A stretch of 64,000 nt of DNA from Thelocarpon superellum (Eukaryota): contig JAPEUG010000027.1 of the NCBI GenBank assembly GCA_026025795.1, forward strand, positions 1-64,000, read 5' to 3'. The stretch's first letter is position 1, and every line of letters starts with the position of its first letter. The position numbers and the translations under genes are program-made. Below, piece by piece: positions 49,035-60,488 of the stretch. The notes under the pieces were generated by a model. That model did not search any database. It was not told the DNA's origin and was given only the letters and a program-made list of their open reading frames with translations.

Positions 49035-50453
49035 GGCGAGCTGGACGTCTGATAGAACGAGGCAGGTGGGCGATATCGGAGCGCATGGTGAAACAAAGAA
49101 ACGAATGGAGATGGAATCCGCGGAGAGTGAGGGACGACGGACGAGTTTGGGGGGCGGTGAGGGGTGGCGTTATGTTCAGTCAGGCCTCAAATCGGGGGTC
49201 ATGCTCGTCTCGTGGTGTCAGCATCTGGTGTCAGGTCCGGCGGGCCTGACCGTCGTAGTGTAGTCGTGCCACGTCCCGGCGCCCCGGCGCCGGATGACTG
49301 GATGGCCATGGCTAAGAATGACTACCATGCTCGTGATCAGGCCGGCATCGCCCCAACCGATAGTCCCACTCCTCCCACCAGCACCTACAGATTAGTGTCG
49401 GATGCCCCTCGCTTTCTTCCGTAGCTCCCGACTAGCCATTCGGGTGGTTCAGGGTCGACGTCTTGTCAGACGGGGCTTTCGACTCAGCCAGTGCCGGCCG
49501 CCTACGATACCAAAGCCACTAAGAATACAGGTGCAGCGACTGACTTGAAAGAACTTCGAACAAACCATCGAGGTCCCAGAGTCTGGGGTGAAACGCGCCT
49601 GCCGCGATGCTCATCTCGCCCGTATTGAGCAAAGAATTGATGCCAGTCCTTCGTCCTGCGTCCCGATGAATGGGGCGGCGAGGAATGGTCGAGGTTCTAG
49701 CCTTTGCTGTAGTCATGGACCGAGCGCTGCCTTCAGTCACCGAGGCTTGGACAACGCGTCTTGAGTCGCTGTAGGCACCAGGTTGGGCTCCCTGCCGTTG
49801 CATGGGCATATTGGAACAAGGACTAGGACAGGGCTGGCAGATGAGTCCACCAAGCACCCGGCCCACGAATGGCTGCCCTGGCATTGGACGCCACGCCTAC
49901 TCACCGTTGTCCCAGCTCTAAGGGACCGGGGTTCAGTAGGGAGTGCCACAGCTATGTCTGCCGAGTGAACACACATGTGGCTAGCAAAACGCCCAGGAGG
50001 TCGACTGGACTGTGTGTCCCGCATTCTACGCTTCTGTCTCTCCTGCCAACTCTCTAGGTCCGCTTGAGACACCGCACTAGCTGCACGGCATCTCCTACTA
50101 GGATAATCGTAGTCCTCCGTCATCAGCAGCTTTGCAATCCTCCCCTGTGTATGACTAGACACATGGAACTTACTGAAACGAATGGTGTTGTCGTCTGGCA
50201 CCGAGCTGTCTGAGGGAGATTCGGTGGTACCTTGTCGACATAGGCGGGCGTCGAGGAGATTGGCGACGAACGTCTTCAGCTGCATCTTGTTCTCCTCTGG
50301 AAGCCAATCTAGCTGCCGCGGATATCCGACCTGTAGCTGCGCAGATTGGGCCTGTGCCCGCTCAAACGGGCCTATGAGTCTACCCACGCAAGGTCGGTCC
50401 CGTGGACGTCATTTCGATATCCTGGGCCCCAAGTTGACCCCATATCTCTGACA

Positions 50454-50876
50454 TGTTGACCTTCATCTCGTCCTTCTCCACACGCGTTTACCCATGGCCT
50501 TGGGTCTCACGCCGGCAGGAGGCTTGGGGTTCGTAGAGAAGAACATGACAGGCAGATTGAGTAGCCACTATAGTAAAGGGTAGAAGCAGTAGGATACACG
50601 GCTCCAGTGAGTAGGAAGCTCCAGGAGGTAGAGGAGGGCTTTTGTGATCCACGGGACGCCTCCGGAGTGGTTACCCTCACGACTAGCCCAAGAGCACAAG
50701 TGTAGAATATCAGAGGATCCCTATTCACGGAAGAGGTAGATTACATAACGCTCGATCACATGAGCATGAGAAGCCTTTCATAGCACAGGGTATCTCCAAA
50801 CCACCTGGAGGGTCTCCCGATCAGCGGCAGAGTTGGCGTAGACAGATCAGAGTCCACCGGTAACGACACACCAACA
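50454..50876. mobile_element. Candidate solo LTR of an unrelated family (~423 bp)
   Basis: (A)TGTTG...CAACA(T) inverted termini flanked by TGAC on both sides (50449-50452, 50878-50881); interior non-coding and TAG-rich. No second copy in the window. Confidence 0.35.
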
Positions 50877-51024
50877 TTGACGGTTCGGACATGGCATCAG
50901 AGCCGACATCGCTTCCCCAACTCCGACAAGCGAGGCCCAGTGCCAAATCCGCACCTGCACGCACCACAGACCTCTAAACCACTCGATTCCTCAACATCTC
51001 ACCCCTGGCCAGCTCACATCCATC

Positions 51025-51902
51025 ATGGGTATAAAACGAGGCGTAGACGACATGGAGTCCTCCCACGGCACCACACATACCGGAAAGAAGGCGAAGAAAG
51101 AAGGACAGAAGGAGGAGAAGAGAGAGAAGAAGGAGAAGAAAAAGGGAGGGTTCAGCGTCGGCCCCGCCAATTTACCAGATGGGACACACAAACGAAAGGG
51201 TGGGCGTTCTTCATCTCTGCTGTTATACTATATCTCTCTCCTTCTCCTCCTTCTTCTGCTTCTTCTTCTTCTCATCCTCTCCTTTCTATCCACTGGGAAT
51301 AGGGTGTATATTAATGTAGAGCAGTGCAAAAAATCAAAAAGGCCCTGATACACAAGGCCAAAGTGCGAAAATCCTACTCGAAGATCAAAGGCGCGGAGCT
51401 CTCGCGCCCACGGTACCAGCCTCAGCACCAACAGCATGACGAAACCCCGCCTGCCGTCGCGAGTCTAGAGCTGCATCCAGCACGTCAGGCTATGCTAGAC
51501 GATCGTCAGAATGGCACAGACACGGGCCATACGGCATCAAACGCACACGCAGCAGCAGACATAATCTCGGACCCAGACGCCCCTCGTCCCGCACAAGCAC
51601 AAGCACGAATGCGAGAACGAGGAAGAGGAGGCAGAAGAGGGGCCAAACCCCAGCCCTACGTGCGCGAACTAGAAACAGCAACGGCGCGCCAGGCAGAGGC
51701 AGAGAAGCGACACCGCGAGCGCGAAGAGGCAATGCGACAACGAGAAGTCAAGACGCGCGAGAGGGAGAGAGCGAGGTCTATAATGGCGAAGGCGCGGAGG
51801 GGTTCCGGAAGCGGAGGAGGGGGAAGAGGGGGAGGACGGAAACTGGGGAGAGAGAGTGGCTTACTTCTTGAGAAAGTGAGACGGGTCGTTGGCGCTTCCT
51901 GA
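51025..51902 (+). CDS. FYV7: rRNA-processing protein Fyv7-like
   Basis: GFSVGPANLPDGTHKRK, intron 51200-51324, VQKIKKALIHKAKVRKSYSKIK, ELHPARQAML, KLGRESGLLLEKVRR. Confidence 0.8.
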
Positions 51903-52232
51903 TATCTCGTACGCTCTTCTTGTTCTCATGACATCTCGCATCTTCTCTTCTCTTGCTTTCTTCCACAGGTCATGTTCCAAAAACTTCCTCCAATATTTTC
52001 CCACTCTCACCGTGAGAACGTTGACTACAGTCCTGGGTTGAAGTACATGCCTGAACCCGAATTACCGTCCCCTCCCCAGACTCATCCAGCAACACCACGC
52101 ACCAAATATCTGATGGAGACGAGACGAGACGATGAAGATGAAGAAGAAGATGAAGACGAGATACATAACCGCCACTAATCCACATGTCCACCATTCCACC
52201 CCATGCCCGTCCGCATGTCCGCACGTCCATCC

Positions 52233-53282
52233 CTACCGTCCACCCAGATCGCCCTCGCTGACTTCACTTCCCACTTCGGTCCAGGTCCCAGGCGTGCTGA
52301 GACCGTCAAACTCACTGATGACGTCGTAGTCGCGCCCGTGCGTGGCGTTGCCCTCGTCGCCAGAGGTTTCGCCCGCCACGTCCACGGCACTGCCCATATC
52401 CGAGACGGCCGACACCGAGTGCGGCGATGGAGTGCGGTTCCCTGGCGACGGAGTGGGATTGTTCCACGGTGAGAAGAAATCGGTGTTGGGCTGTGGGAGC
52501 TCGATGACTGGGTGCTGAGAGTAGGAGGCTTCAGAGACGCTGCAAATGGCGGGAATCGTCGCAGGATCTACCGGGGTATTGTCTTCCGTGCGGACTGGCA
52601 TCAATAGGTCCGTTTGCGAAAGGGATGGATGAGTTGGTTCCAAGTTCTGTAGAGAAGCATCTTCTGCTGGGATTGTCGCCGTGCTCTCCCGTGAGTGTTG
52701 GAGCTCGTCCCCCTCCACGCCAATCAAGCTTCGATCGAAAAGGGTCTGTGATGTTATCTCCTCGTCGTCGGTGAATGGATTCGACGGAGGGACAGCATCA
52801 TTTCGGCCGCGAGCGCCCTCTAGGCGTCTCCGCAGGCCGCCGTCGAGACTCGCCTCATGCTGGCTATTTGGGAGCGTATACATCCCATCCCCGCCCCTTT
52901 TCAGGAAGTCGTCGAATGTGGTAGAACCGTTGCTCGAGCCGGGCGAGTCGGTCCTTTGCCCTAGCTCAGGCTCAATATGAGGCGGCCGCGGAAACGGCTC
53001 GCGCTTCTTCACCGTACTGTCCTCCCGCCGAAGTTGCTCGTGGTTCCTCGCCATGATGTCCTCCCGCCGCTTCCTGGCGGCGTCCGTCGCGGCGGCTTCA
53101 TCCTCTTCGGTGGATGACGAGGGCAGAATCTCATCGCCCAGATTGTGAAGCGCAAGCGCTAACTTGCGTCGAGATTGGTCGACCCATTCCCGGACTTGTG
53201 GGTTCTCGTACACGGCAACGCCGGCGGCGATGAGGATCGAGGCGGCGATGATCAGGCCTGTCGCAGGGGTCAGTCGAGACAT
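52233..53282 (-). CDS. Conserved fungal hypothetical protein with N-terminal membrane anchor
   Basis: GLIIAASILIAAGVAVYENPQVREWVDQSRRKLALALHNLGDEI and C-terminal STPGTWTEVGSEVSEGD. Confidence 0.8.
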   Translation of the reverse strand: MSRLTPATGLIIAASILIAAGVAVYENPQVREWVDQSRRKLALALHNLGDEILPSSSTEEDEAAATDAARKRREDIMARNHEQLRREDSTVKKREPFPRPPHIEPELGQRTDSPGSSNGSTTFDDFLKRGGDGMYTLPNSQHEASLDGGLRRRLEGARGRNDAVPPSNPFTDDEEITSQTLFDRSLIGVEGDELQHSRESTATIPAEDASLQNLEPTHPSLSQTDLLMPVRTEDNTPVDPATIPAICSVSEASYSQHPVIELPQPNTDFFSPWNNPTPSPGNRTPSPHSVSAVSDMGSAVDVAGETSGDEGNATHGRDYDVISEFDGLSTPGTWTEVGSEVSEGDLGGR

Positions 53283-53981
53283 CTTCCCCTCTTGTAGTGG
53301 CCGAGAAGAACGACTTGGTCTCTGCGGGGAGGATGGGGCGAACCAGGCCACGTGTGGGGGATTCACATCGAGCGGAGTGGGAGGCGAGGTAAGAGGGATC
53401 GTGCAGGAAACTACCAGACAAGTGCTTACCTTTGGCCAAGGGCACTGGCATGGTGAAAGTCAAGGACCAGCCACAGGGAGGTCGCCGCTGGCTCCCTTTC
53501 CAGATGAGGAGATCGGATGCACGGCTCTTTCGTACTGGTACGAGAACACAGACGGAGTCGCGCGCTATCCAAGTGCAAGACGTCGTCCGTGTCTGGTGGA
53601 GTCAATGGATTAGGGGAGGTGGCGGTTTGCTAAGCCCCGCACTGAGGCGAGCGAAGAGTCCCCTCAGTGAGGCCAGGCAGAGCGATAAGCTAAGCATCAA
53701 GACCAAAAGCCTTCGGGACCTCCGCCATACGGACCAACAGGTACGGGTACGAGTACGGGTACGGCAGACGAAACGCGCAACGAGTCCTGGTTTCGCATTT
53801 CGAACCGTCGAATAGCACTTGTCGAGCCGGTCCCGTTGGACTGTTGGATCTCGGTGACGGACACTCTTGATATGTTACGTCACTTGACGAGACCATCTCA
53901 GCTATGTTGCATCTGAGGCGCGCCGATGATGATATATGCGATGATATAGTTACCTTACACATGACCAGCTTCTAGTCCATT

Positions 53982-54625
53982 CTACCTTGAGACTCCTCCC
54001 TGCTTTTCCCAATCCAACCAGCTCCCACGATATTCCCCAACCTTCTCATACCCGCTTTGTTTCGCCATGACTGCTGCCGCCGAGCTGCGGACACCGGCCT
54101 TGCAGTAGAAGACCACCTCCTTGCTGGGCGGCGGTTTCTGGAAGCCGAAGCGATCCTCGAATTCCTCTTCCGGGAGGAACAAGGCGTCCGGCTGGGAGGC
54201 GATGGGGATGTTGATGGCGGACGGGATGAAGCCCGCTTGATACTCGGACGGCTCTCGTACATCTAGAGCCATTGTTTAGCCAAGAAGCGAAGGGGGGAGA
54301 TCGCCTACCAATGAGAATCTTCTCGGTCGACGGCGTGTCCGCGATGGTCTTGATCTGCCCGTCTGGTCAGCTCTTATCGATAGGGAGGCCACATCAGAGA
54401 ACCTACGCCTTGGAAATCGTAGAGCGTGGAATCACGAGCGGGCGTGGAATACCATCGTCGGGGTGGGATGGACTCGGTCGTGGATGAGAGCATCAAAGGT
54501 TGGGACGCGGGCCATCGTCGGGGGGGGAGGTGTGATGAGACGCGCCCAGAGTGGGAGACCGTCCCAGGCATCCATGAACTTGGAACGCGCCTGCTTCTGC
54601 TCAGGGCCAATGCTCGCGTTGCCAT
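53982..54625 (-). CDS. Mitochondrial single-domain rhodanese / thiosulfate sulfurtransferase (Rdl2-like)
   Basis: Arg/Ser-rich presequence; DVREPSEYQAGFIPSAINIP, VVFYCKAGVRS, YRGSWLDW; two introns. Confidence 0.9.
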
Positions 54626-55068
54626 TCTGGTGCACTCGTCGGTGGCGAGTGCACCACAGAATTAACAGAAGCTCTGTGACGAATCTCCTGCCGTGCCATG
54701 ACGATGTCGCGTATCACCAGATCACGTGGGTGGAGCTTGGGCACGGTGCACGCCTGCGCAGACATGAAAATACGATGTCGGTTCATTACTACATACTCTT
54801 AATCTAAGGATGCCCAATCTATAGGCGAATCCCGCATCGACCATGGAAGCCGGTGGGGCGCCGGCCTATCAGAGCCCAGCATGAACGGATCGCACACGGA
54901 CCGTCGCTGCCAATGGTGGAAGAAAACGCACCCGCTGCAAAGGGCGATCGGGTGTAGAATGGCAAGGGGTAGGGAGTAGTCCAAGAATTTCTGTCAAGCA
55001 TATCATGGCGCATGTTAGGGGCCCACCACTCCGGTCTTGGCGGTCGAGGCATGACGCACGAGGCGGCT

Positions 55069-56970
55069 TCATTCGGGTCGGGATGAGAAGACCAGCGGGC
55101 AGTCATCCTGTGTCTGGTGAGTATAACATCCGTGTGCGGAGGTTGGGGGCATCCACGCACCTGCGGGAAGATGGTGGCGAAGACTTTAATATCTTCCGAC
55201 AGGGGCGTCGGATAGTGGGTCCAATCGAGGAACATGGACGCCTTGCCAATCAGCGCGATCAAGTTGTTGGTCGCGTAAGTCTGGCCAATGCAGTAGTGTG
55301 GCCCGGCCCCGAAGACGAGCCAATTCTTCGTCGCCTTTTCCGCGTCGCCTGAGATCCACCGCTCGGGGTTGTATTCGTTCGGCTCCGGGTAGAATTCAGG
55401 ATCCTGCAGGGCCGTATGGATGGTGGGGATCACCATCGAGCCTATCCCGAGTCAGCACGGGCTCGTCTCCGGGTCCCCGGAGTCAGAGCAGCCTACCTTT
55501 CGGGACCGTGTACGTATCCGAGATGGGAAAGGGCTTCTTGGCCTCGTAGGGGACCATGGTGACTGGGGGCCGATAACGCAGCGCCTCCTTGACCACGGCG
55601 CGGGTGTAGGTCAGGGACTCGAGCATGTCCATGTCCAAGCGGCGGTTGCGATCCCCGCCGCGGATCCGAAGATTCTCCTCGCGCACGCGATCGAGCATGG
55701 CGGGCCGATGCGCGAGAATCTGGAAGAGCCAGGTGGTGGCACTGCTGGTGGCGTCCTGCGAGGCGAAGAGGAAGGTGAAGATGGTCTGGGCGATCTCAAA
55801 GTCGGAGAACATGCGCGGCAGCACGTGCGAGGGCTTCTCCTCTTCCGGCACCTCGCGCCCGGCAGCGATGGCTTCGCGGTACCTTTCCGACTCGAACATG
55901 TTCTTGATCCAGGCGTCCATACTGCAGGTGATCTCACCGCCCGCGGCCATGCGGACTTTGCTCTTGGCCGCGCAGGCGGCGAAGGACTCAAGCACCATGT
56001 CCGCCGCCCTCTTGCCGTACCACGTCCGCGTGTAGGGAATGATGATGGGAAAGTTGACGAGCTCGAGCGCCGACGTTATATGATAGTAGTCGTCGGCGAT
56101 CTTCTTCACGCCCTCGTCCGAGAGGTAGTGGCCAACAAAGGTCCGACACGAGATGGCGCAGTTGATCTCACGGAACCAGGGCATGAAAGGGATGGGCTTG
56201 CCGCCTTGTTCTTCCTGCGAGACCTGGACGAACTTCTCAAAGTATGTGTCATACATGTCCTCTTGCCCCGTCAGGTAGACCTCCAGCGCGCGTCGGGTAA
56301 AGAGGGTGTTCAGGCCCTTGCGGTAGTCGACGTGTGCTTTGCCCGTCAGGAAGACAAAGTTCGTCGGACGTAGCAGCTTCTTGGCCACGTCGACCAGACA
56401 TGGCGAGACGTACTGGCTCGACGTGAAGATCTTGCGCGTCATGTCCCGCGTAGAGGCGATGACAACGAATCTAAGGGTGCCCGCACGTCAGGAGGGCCGT
56501 GTGCGGGGGGGGAGCATTCGACCCCGCGAAGAGATCAGAGCACGTACTTGTGAAAGACCGAGACGCAACTCAGCGGACCCGTGGCCCATTTGGCCTCGTA
56601 CAGCTCAAACTTGGGGTTGACGGACTCCAGAAAGGGGCCGATAAAGGGTATCTTGAACGTCGGGCCCGGGAGGTTTCCCTTGTTCCACTGATACATGACT
56701 GGTGACTCGAGTCAGCGCCGACTGGGCCATGAGTTGCTATGGGGCTGACGATGGGCGAAAGGAGAGATGGGCAGTGGAGACGCGCAGTGGCGACGCACTT
56801 TGGTCATAGGCCACCAGCATGGCCAGCACCGTGACGGCGATGGTCCAGCCATTCATGCTGGACCAGAGGTATGTGGCAATGCTGCTGGCATGCTTGTGAG
56901 CATACACCGTCACCGAGTCGGCACTCACCGCCCACGAGGCGGCGGTATCGTTGAGACCGGCCGATGCCAT
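55069..56970 (-). CDS. ERG5: Cytochrome P450 CYP61, sterol C-22 desaturase
   Basis: [16 protein letters not shown] (I helix), [10 protein letters not shown] (ExxR), [17 protein letters not shown] (heme), [24 protein letters not shown]. Confidence 0.96.
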
Positions 56971-57460
56971 GATGCCGGTGTTGATGGTACGCCCCCACGG
57001 GATCTTCTCAAGCACGAGAGTGCGAGGCGCGCAGATGCACGCGAACCGCGACAGAGGTGGTTACGGGACGTCCGCTACCGATCCTGGGGTCGTAGCCGGT
57101 GGAGGGAAAAGTCGCGAGACATACGGTCGTCTGGTCCCTTCCGTTGGGAAAGAGTGCGTTTAATTGGAGGTTCGGTGGTCGAGGGACGAGGGTCAACCGC
57201 GGTGAGCCGGCCGGAAGGGCAGGAGCCGAGTCGACTGGCCCTGGCGTGTGGCCTATGGTAGTGTTCGTGGCGCGTCGGCCAATTTGCATCTCTGGTCCCC
57301 ACCCAGACCGCCTTAGTGCAACTCTATCTCGAGCGACAGGGGAAAGGAAGGCCGCCGGATCCTGTCGGGATCTGGAGCTTCCGTTGGCGCGCACTGCATT
57401 AGTAATGTTGAGCGCGCAACAACCTGCCCCTAGCAACTGTCAACGACCAAATTCTCCGCA

Positions 57461-57550
57461 TGTAGGAGCGCGCATGTGACCAAGTCACATGCCCACCCCT
57501 ATTACAATCCTGGCTATGTGTAGATTAGCAATTCAGCTCTGATTCCTACA
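57461..57550 (+). repeat. 5' LTR (90 bp) of the outer gypsy element
   Basis: TGTAGGA...TCCTACA inverted termini; homologous to the solo LTR at 45815-45905. Confidence 0.9.
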
Positions 57551-60231
57551 TCTGGTAGCAACACAAGAGGTTATATCAAGATCAAGTCCTCTAGGAGCCT
57601 AGGATTGGAGCTCCTGACCATGAGCAACTGTACAACTGAGTTGTAACCTCATATGACAAGAAGCAGCTCTAGGCAACAGAGCATGGTTGATATCCTAGAC
57701 CCTGTCCTGCAAGGGCCCCTAGGGACTATGGCTGGTGAACCCAGCAAGTGTATGATGGACCTGGACACCTTGATTGATCACTGACAGCCTCTAGGCCCAC
57801 TGAATGACCTCTAGCAAGACTCCCTAGCACAGGGCCTAGTGGAGGATTGTGACATGTTGTTGGACATGGCAAGCACAGAATTGTAGTGTATGGCAGTGAT
57901 TACCCTAGTTCAATTAATGTATCAACTGCTGCCAGCACAAATGGCAGCTCTAGAGAAGTTTGATGGCAAGATGAACAATAGTGCAACAATTTGGGAATGG
58001 CTTGAGATCATGGAGACCTACCTACAAATGATAGAGATCCTAGTTGAGAAGTGTACAAGCTTTGCCTTGTCATACCTGAAGGGCCTAGTGTGTAGCTAGT
58101 ATACCTAGTAGGTGATTCAACAGGTCAAGGGACTAGGTGATATGTGGCAGGATTTCAAGAGGCTGGCTCTTGAGAAGTTCTGTGATCACAACAGTGAGGA
58201 GAAAGTGTACAACAAGCTCTATTCTATGCAATTCTGGAATGGATTGATCTTAGACTTCAACAACAACTTCTACAACATGTGGCTCAGTTGTGGCAAGAAG
58301 GTCAACAAAGATGTGGCAATGACAGTGTACACTTGGACACTTCCAAGAAACACCAAATTCAATGTCAAGAGAGCAAGGCCACAGAACCTGAGAGAGGCCA
58401 TGATTGAGGCTGAACATGTAGAGGAGAAGAATAGACCCCACTTCTAGAGGGTTCCTCAACCAGTCAGCTATCCACCACAACCAACAGCTATTAACACTAT
58501 GTAGTCACAACTGTACAAATGTTGTGGAACACAAGGAAAGGGTTACAGACATGGTGGAACAGGTGGAACACCATGTCTAGTGACATGCTGGACATGCCAA
58601 AAGACAGGGCATATCTTAAGAGACTGCCTAGGAAAAGGATGGGCCTATATGACTTAACAGAATTGTATGGGCTAGAAGATACACTGTCTATTGAGCTGAA
58701 GACACTAGCTGTGAATGGTGTGATGGGGGTGCAGGAACCCTATAGGGCTACAAGGACACTTGTACAGCCTAGAGGAATGGACTATATATCAGCAAGATTG
58801 AGAGTGATATCACTAGAATCCTTGAGTGTCTAGATCAATGGAAGGATGTATAGGAGGACTGTACAATTCCTAGTGGATAGTGGAGCTACACATCACTTCA
58901 TATCCTGGAGACTAGTGAACAAGTTGGAATTAGCAGTGACACCTGCAGAAGGACATGTGGATCTTGGAGGAAACAAGAACATGTAGACACTTGATATCAA
59001 GAGATTTGTACACTGCTAATAGACTTGTAGAGCATTTGAGGATAATGCAGATTTCATTGTGGTGGATACAGAAGTGGATGCTATCCTAGAATAGGACTTC
59101 CATTGTCAATATCAAGCAATCCAGGACTATGATAACAGTGGCATCATTGTACAAAAGGATGGAGCAACCCATGTGCTACACAGATTGGAAGAACAACACA
59201 GGACAATCAACAATCCAAAGCTGTGGCACTTCAACCTAGCTAGCTATAGGGAGCTGTAGCACTAGCTGGATGGGGAGACAGAGTTCAGCCTATGCTTTGT
59301 ATGGCTGCAATGCAATGACAAGGAGGACAGGAGTGCTTAACAGAAGCACCAAACAGACCATTCAACAGGAGACCCTGAACTTGACTATGAGCTAGGCCCT
59401 CTCCTGCAATGGTTCTGTATGGAGCTTCCTAAGGGAGCACTACCACCCTCAGACATCAATCACTAAATAGATATAGGGACAGCTACCCCTATCTGCAAGA
59501 ATCCATACCCCTTATCCAAGGAGCAACTGGATGAGTAGAATCGACAGATCTAGTATCTACTAGAATGTGAGCTTATACACCCAAGCTCATCACTATGGGG
59601 AGCACTTGTTCTATTTGTCAAAAAGAAGAACAAGGAATAGAGGATGTGTATCAACTATTGAGCTATCAATGCAGTCACTATATGGAACAGTTACCTGCTT
59701 CCTTGGACACAGGACTGCCTTGATTTTGTGGGAAAGGCTAGGATCTTTAGCAAGATAGACCTATTGGCAGGATACTAGCAAGTCAATGTTACAGAGGTGG
59801 ATCAATATAAGACAGCTTTTATAACATGTATGGGAAAGTACAAGTGGTGTGTGATGCTATTTGGTCTTACCAATGTGCCTAGATCCTTCTAGGAGATGAT
59901 GAACAACCTGTTTAGAGACATGATCAACAAGTTTGTCATCATCTACATTGACAATATCCTTATATACAGTAACAATTGTATGTCACACCTGACACATGTA
60001 CAATTAGTCTTTGAACAGCTCCAGCTATGTGGCCTATAGGCTAAGCCATCAAAGTGCATATTCCTTGTTGAATCAATTGAGTTTATTAGACACATTCTAG
60101 GAGGGGGAGAGGTGTGTATAGAGGATGATAAGCTCTGTATGATCAAGGAATGGCTACCTCTTAGGACAACACATGAAGCATGTGTGTTCCTAGGACTCTG
60201 CTCCTATTATTGACAATTTATCAAGGACTTT
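57461..60231 (+). mobile_element. Degenerate Ty3/gypsy LTR retrotransposon (5' part: LTR, PBS, gag, protease, RT), interrupted by a second element
   Basis: LTR 57461-57550; PBS-like TGGTAGC at ~57553; zinc knuckle CWTCQKTGHILRDC (58586-58627); protease FLVDSGATHHFI (~58867); RT KTAF..MLFGLTN..YIDNILIYS; FLGLCSYY*QFIKDF cut at 60231; many premature stops. Confidence 0.92.
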
Positions 60232-60488
60232 TGTGATGACGAAGGCCTACAGCTAGGTGGAAACAGTAGATGTAGTCAATGGAGTTGACTCTGTGGCTCC
60301 TAGGGCTCATAGACCTATGACTAGCCTCCTTGTGTTACTCAAGTTGAATGCTAGGGCTCTACTAGCTTGTAGTGGGACTTGGTTTATATACAGTGTGCTA
60401 GGTCATGTGCTGTATCATGTGACTATCATGTAGCTGTCATGTGATTACTCTTATTCTTGTGGCAAGGTGTGGAGCTCCTGGCCTCACA
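60232..60488 (-). repeat. 3' LTR (~257 bp) of the nested element
   Basis: TGTGA...TCACA termini; preceded on the minus strand by a polypurine tract (~60491-60503); contains TATATAAA on the minus strand. Confidence 0.85.

Noticed and set aside
51228..51290. Poly-Leu / Arg-rich ORFs
   Set aside because: These are translations of a (CTT)n-like microsatellite inside the FYV7 intron.
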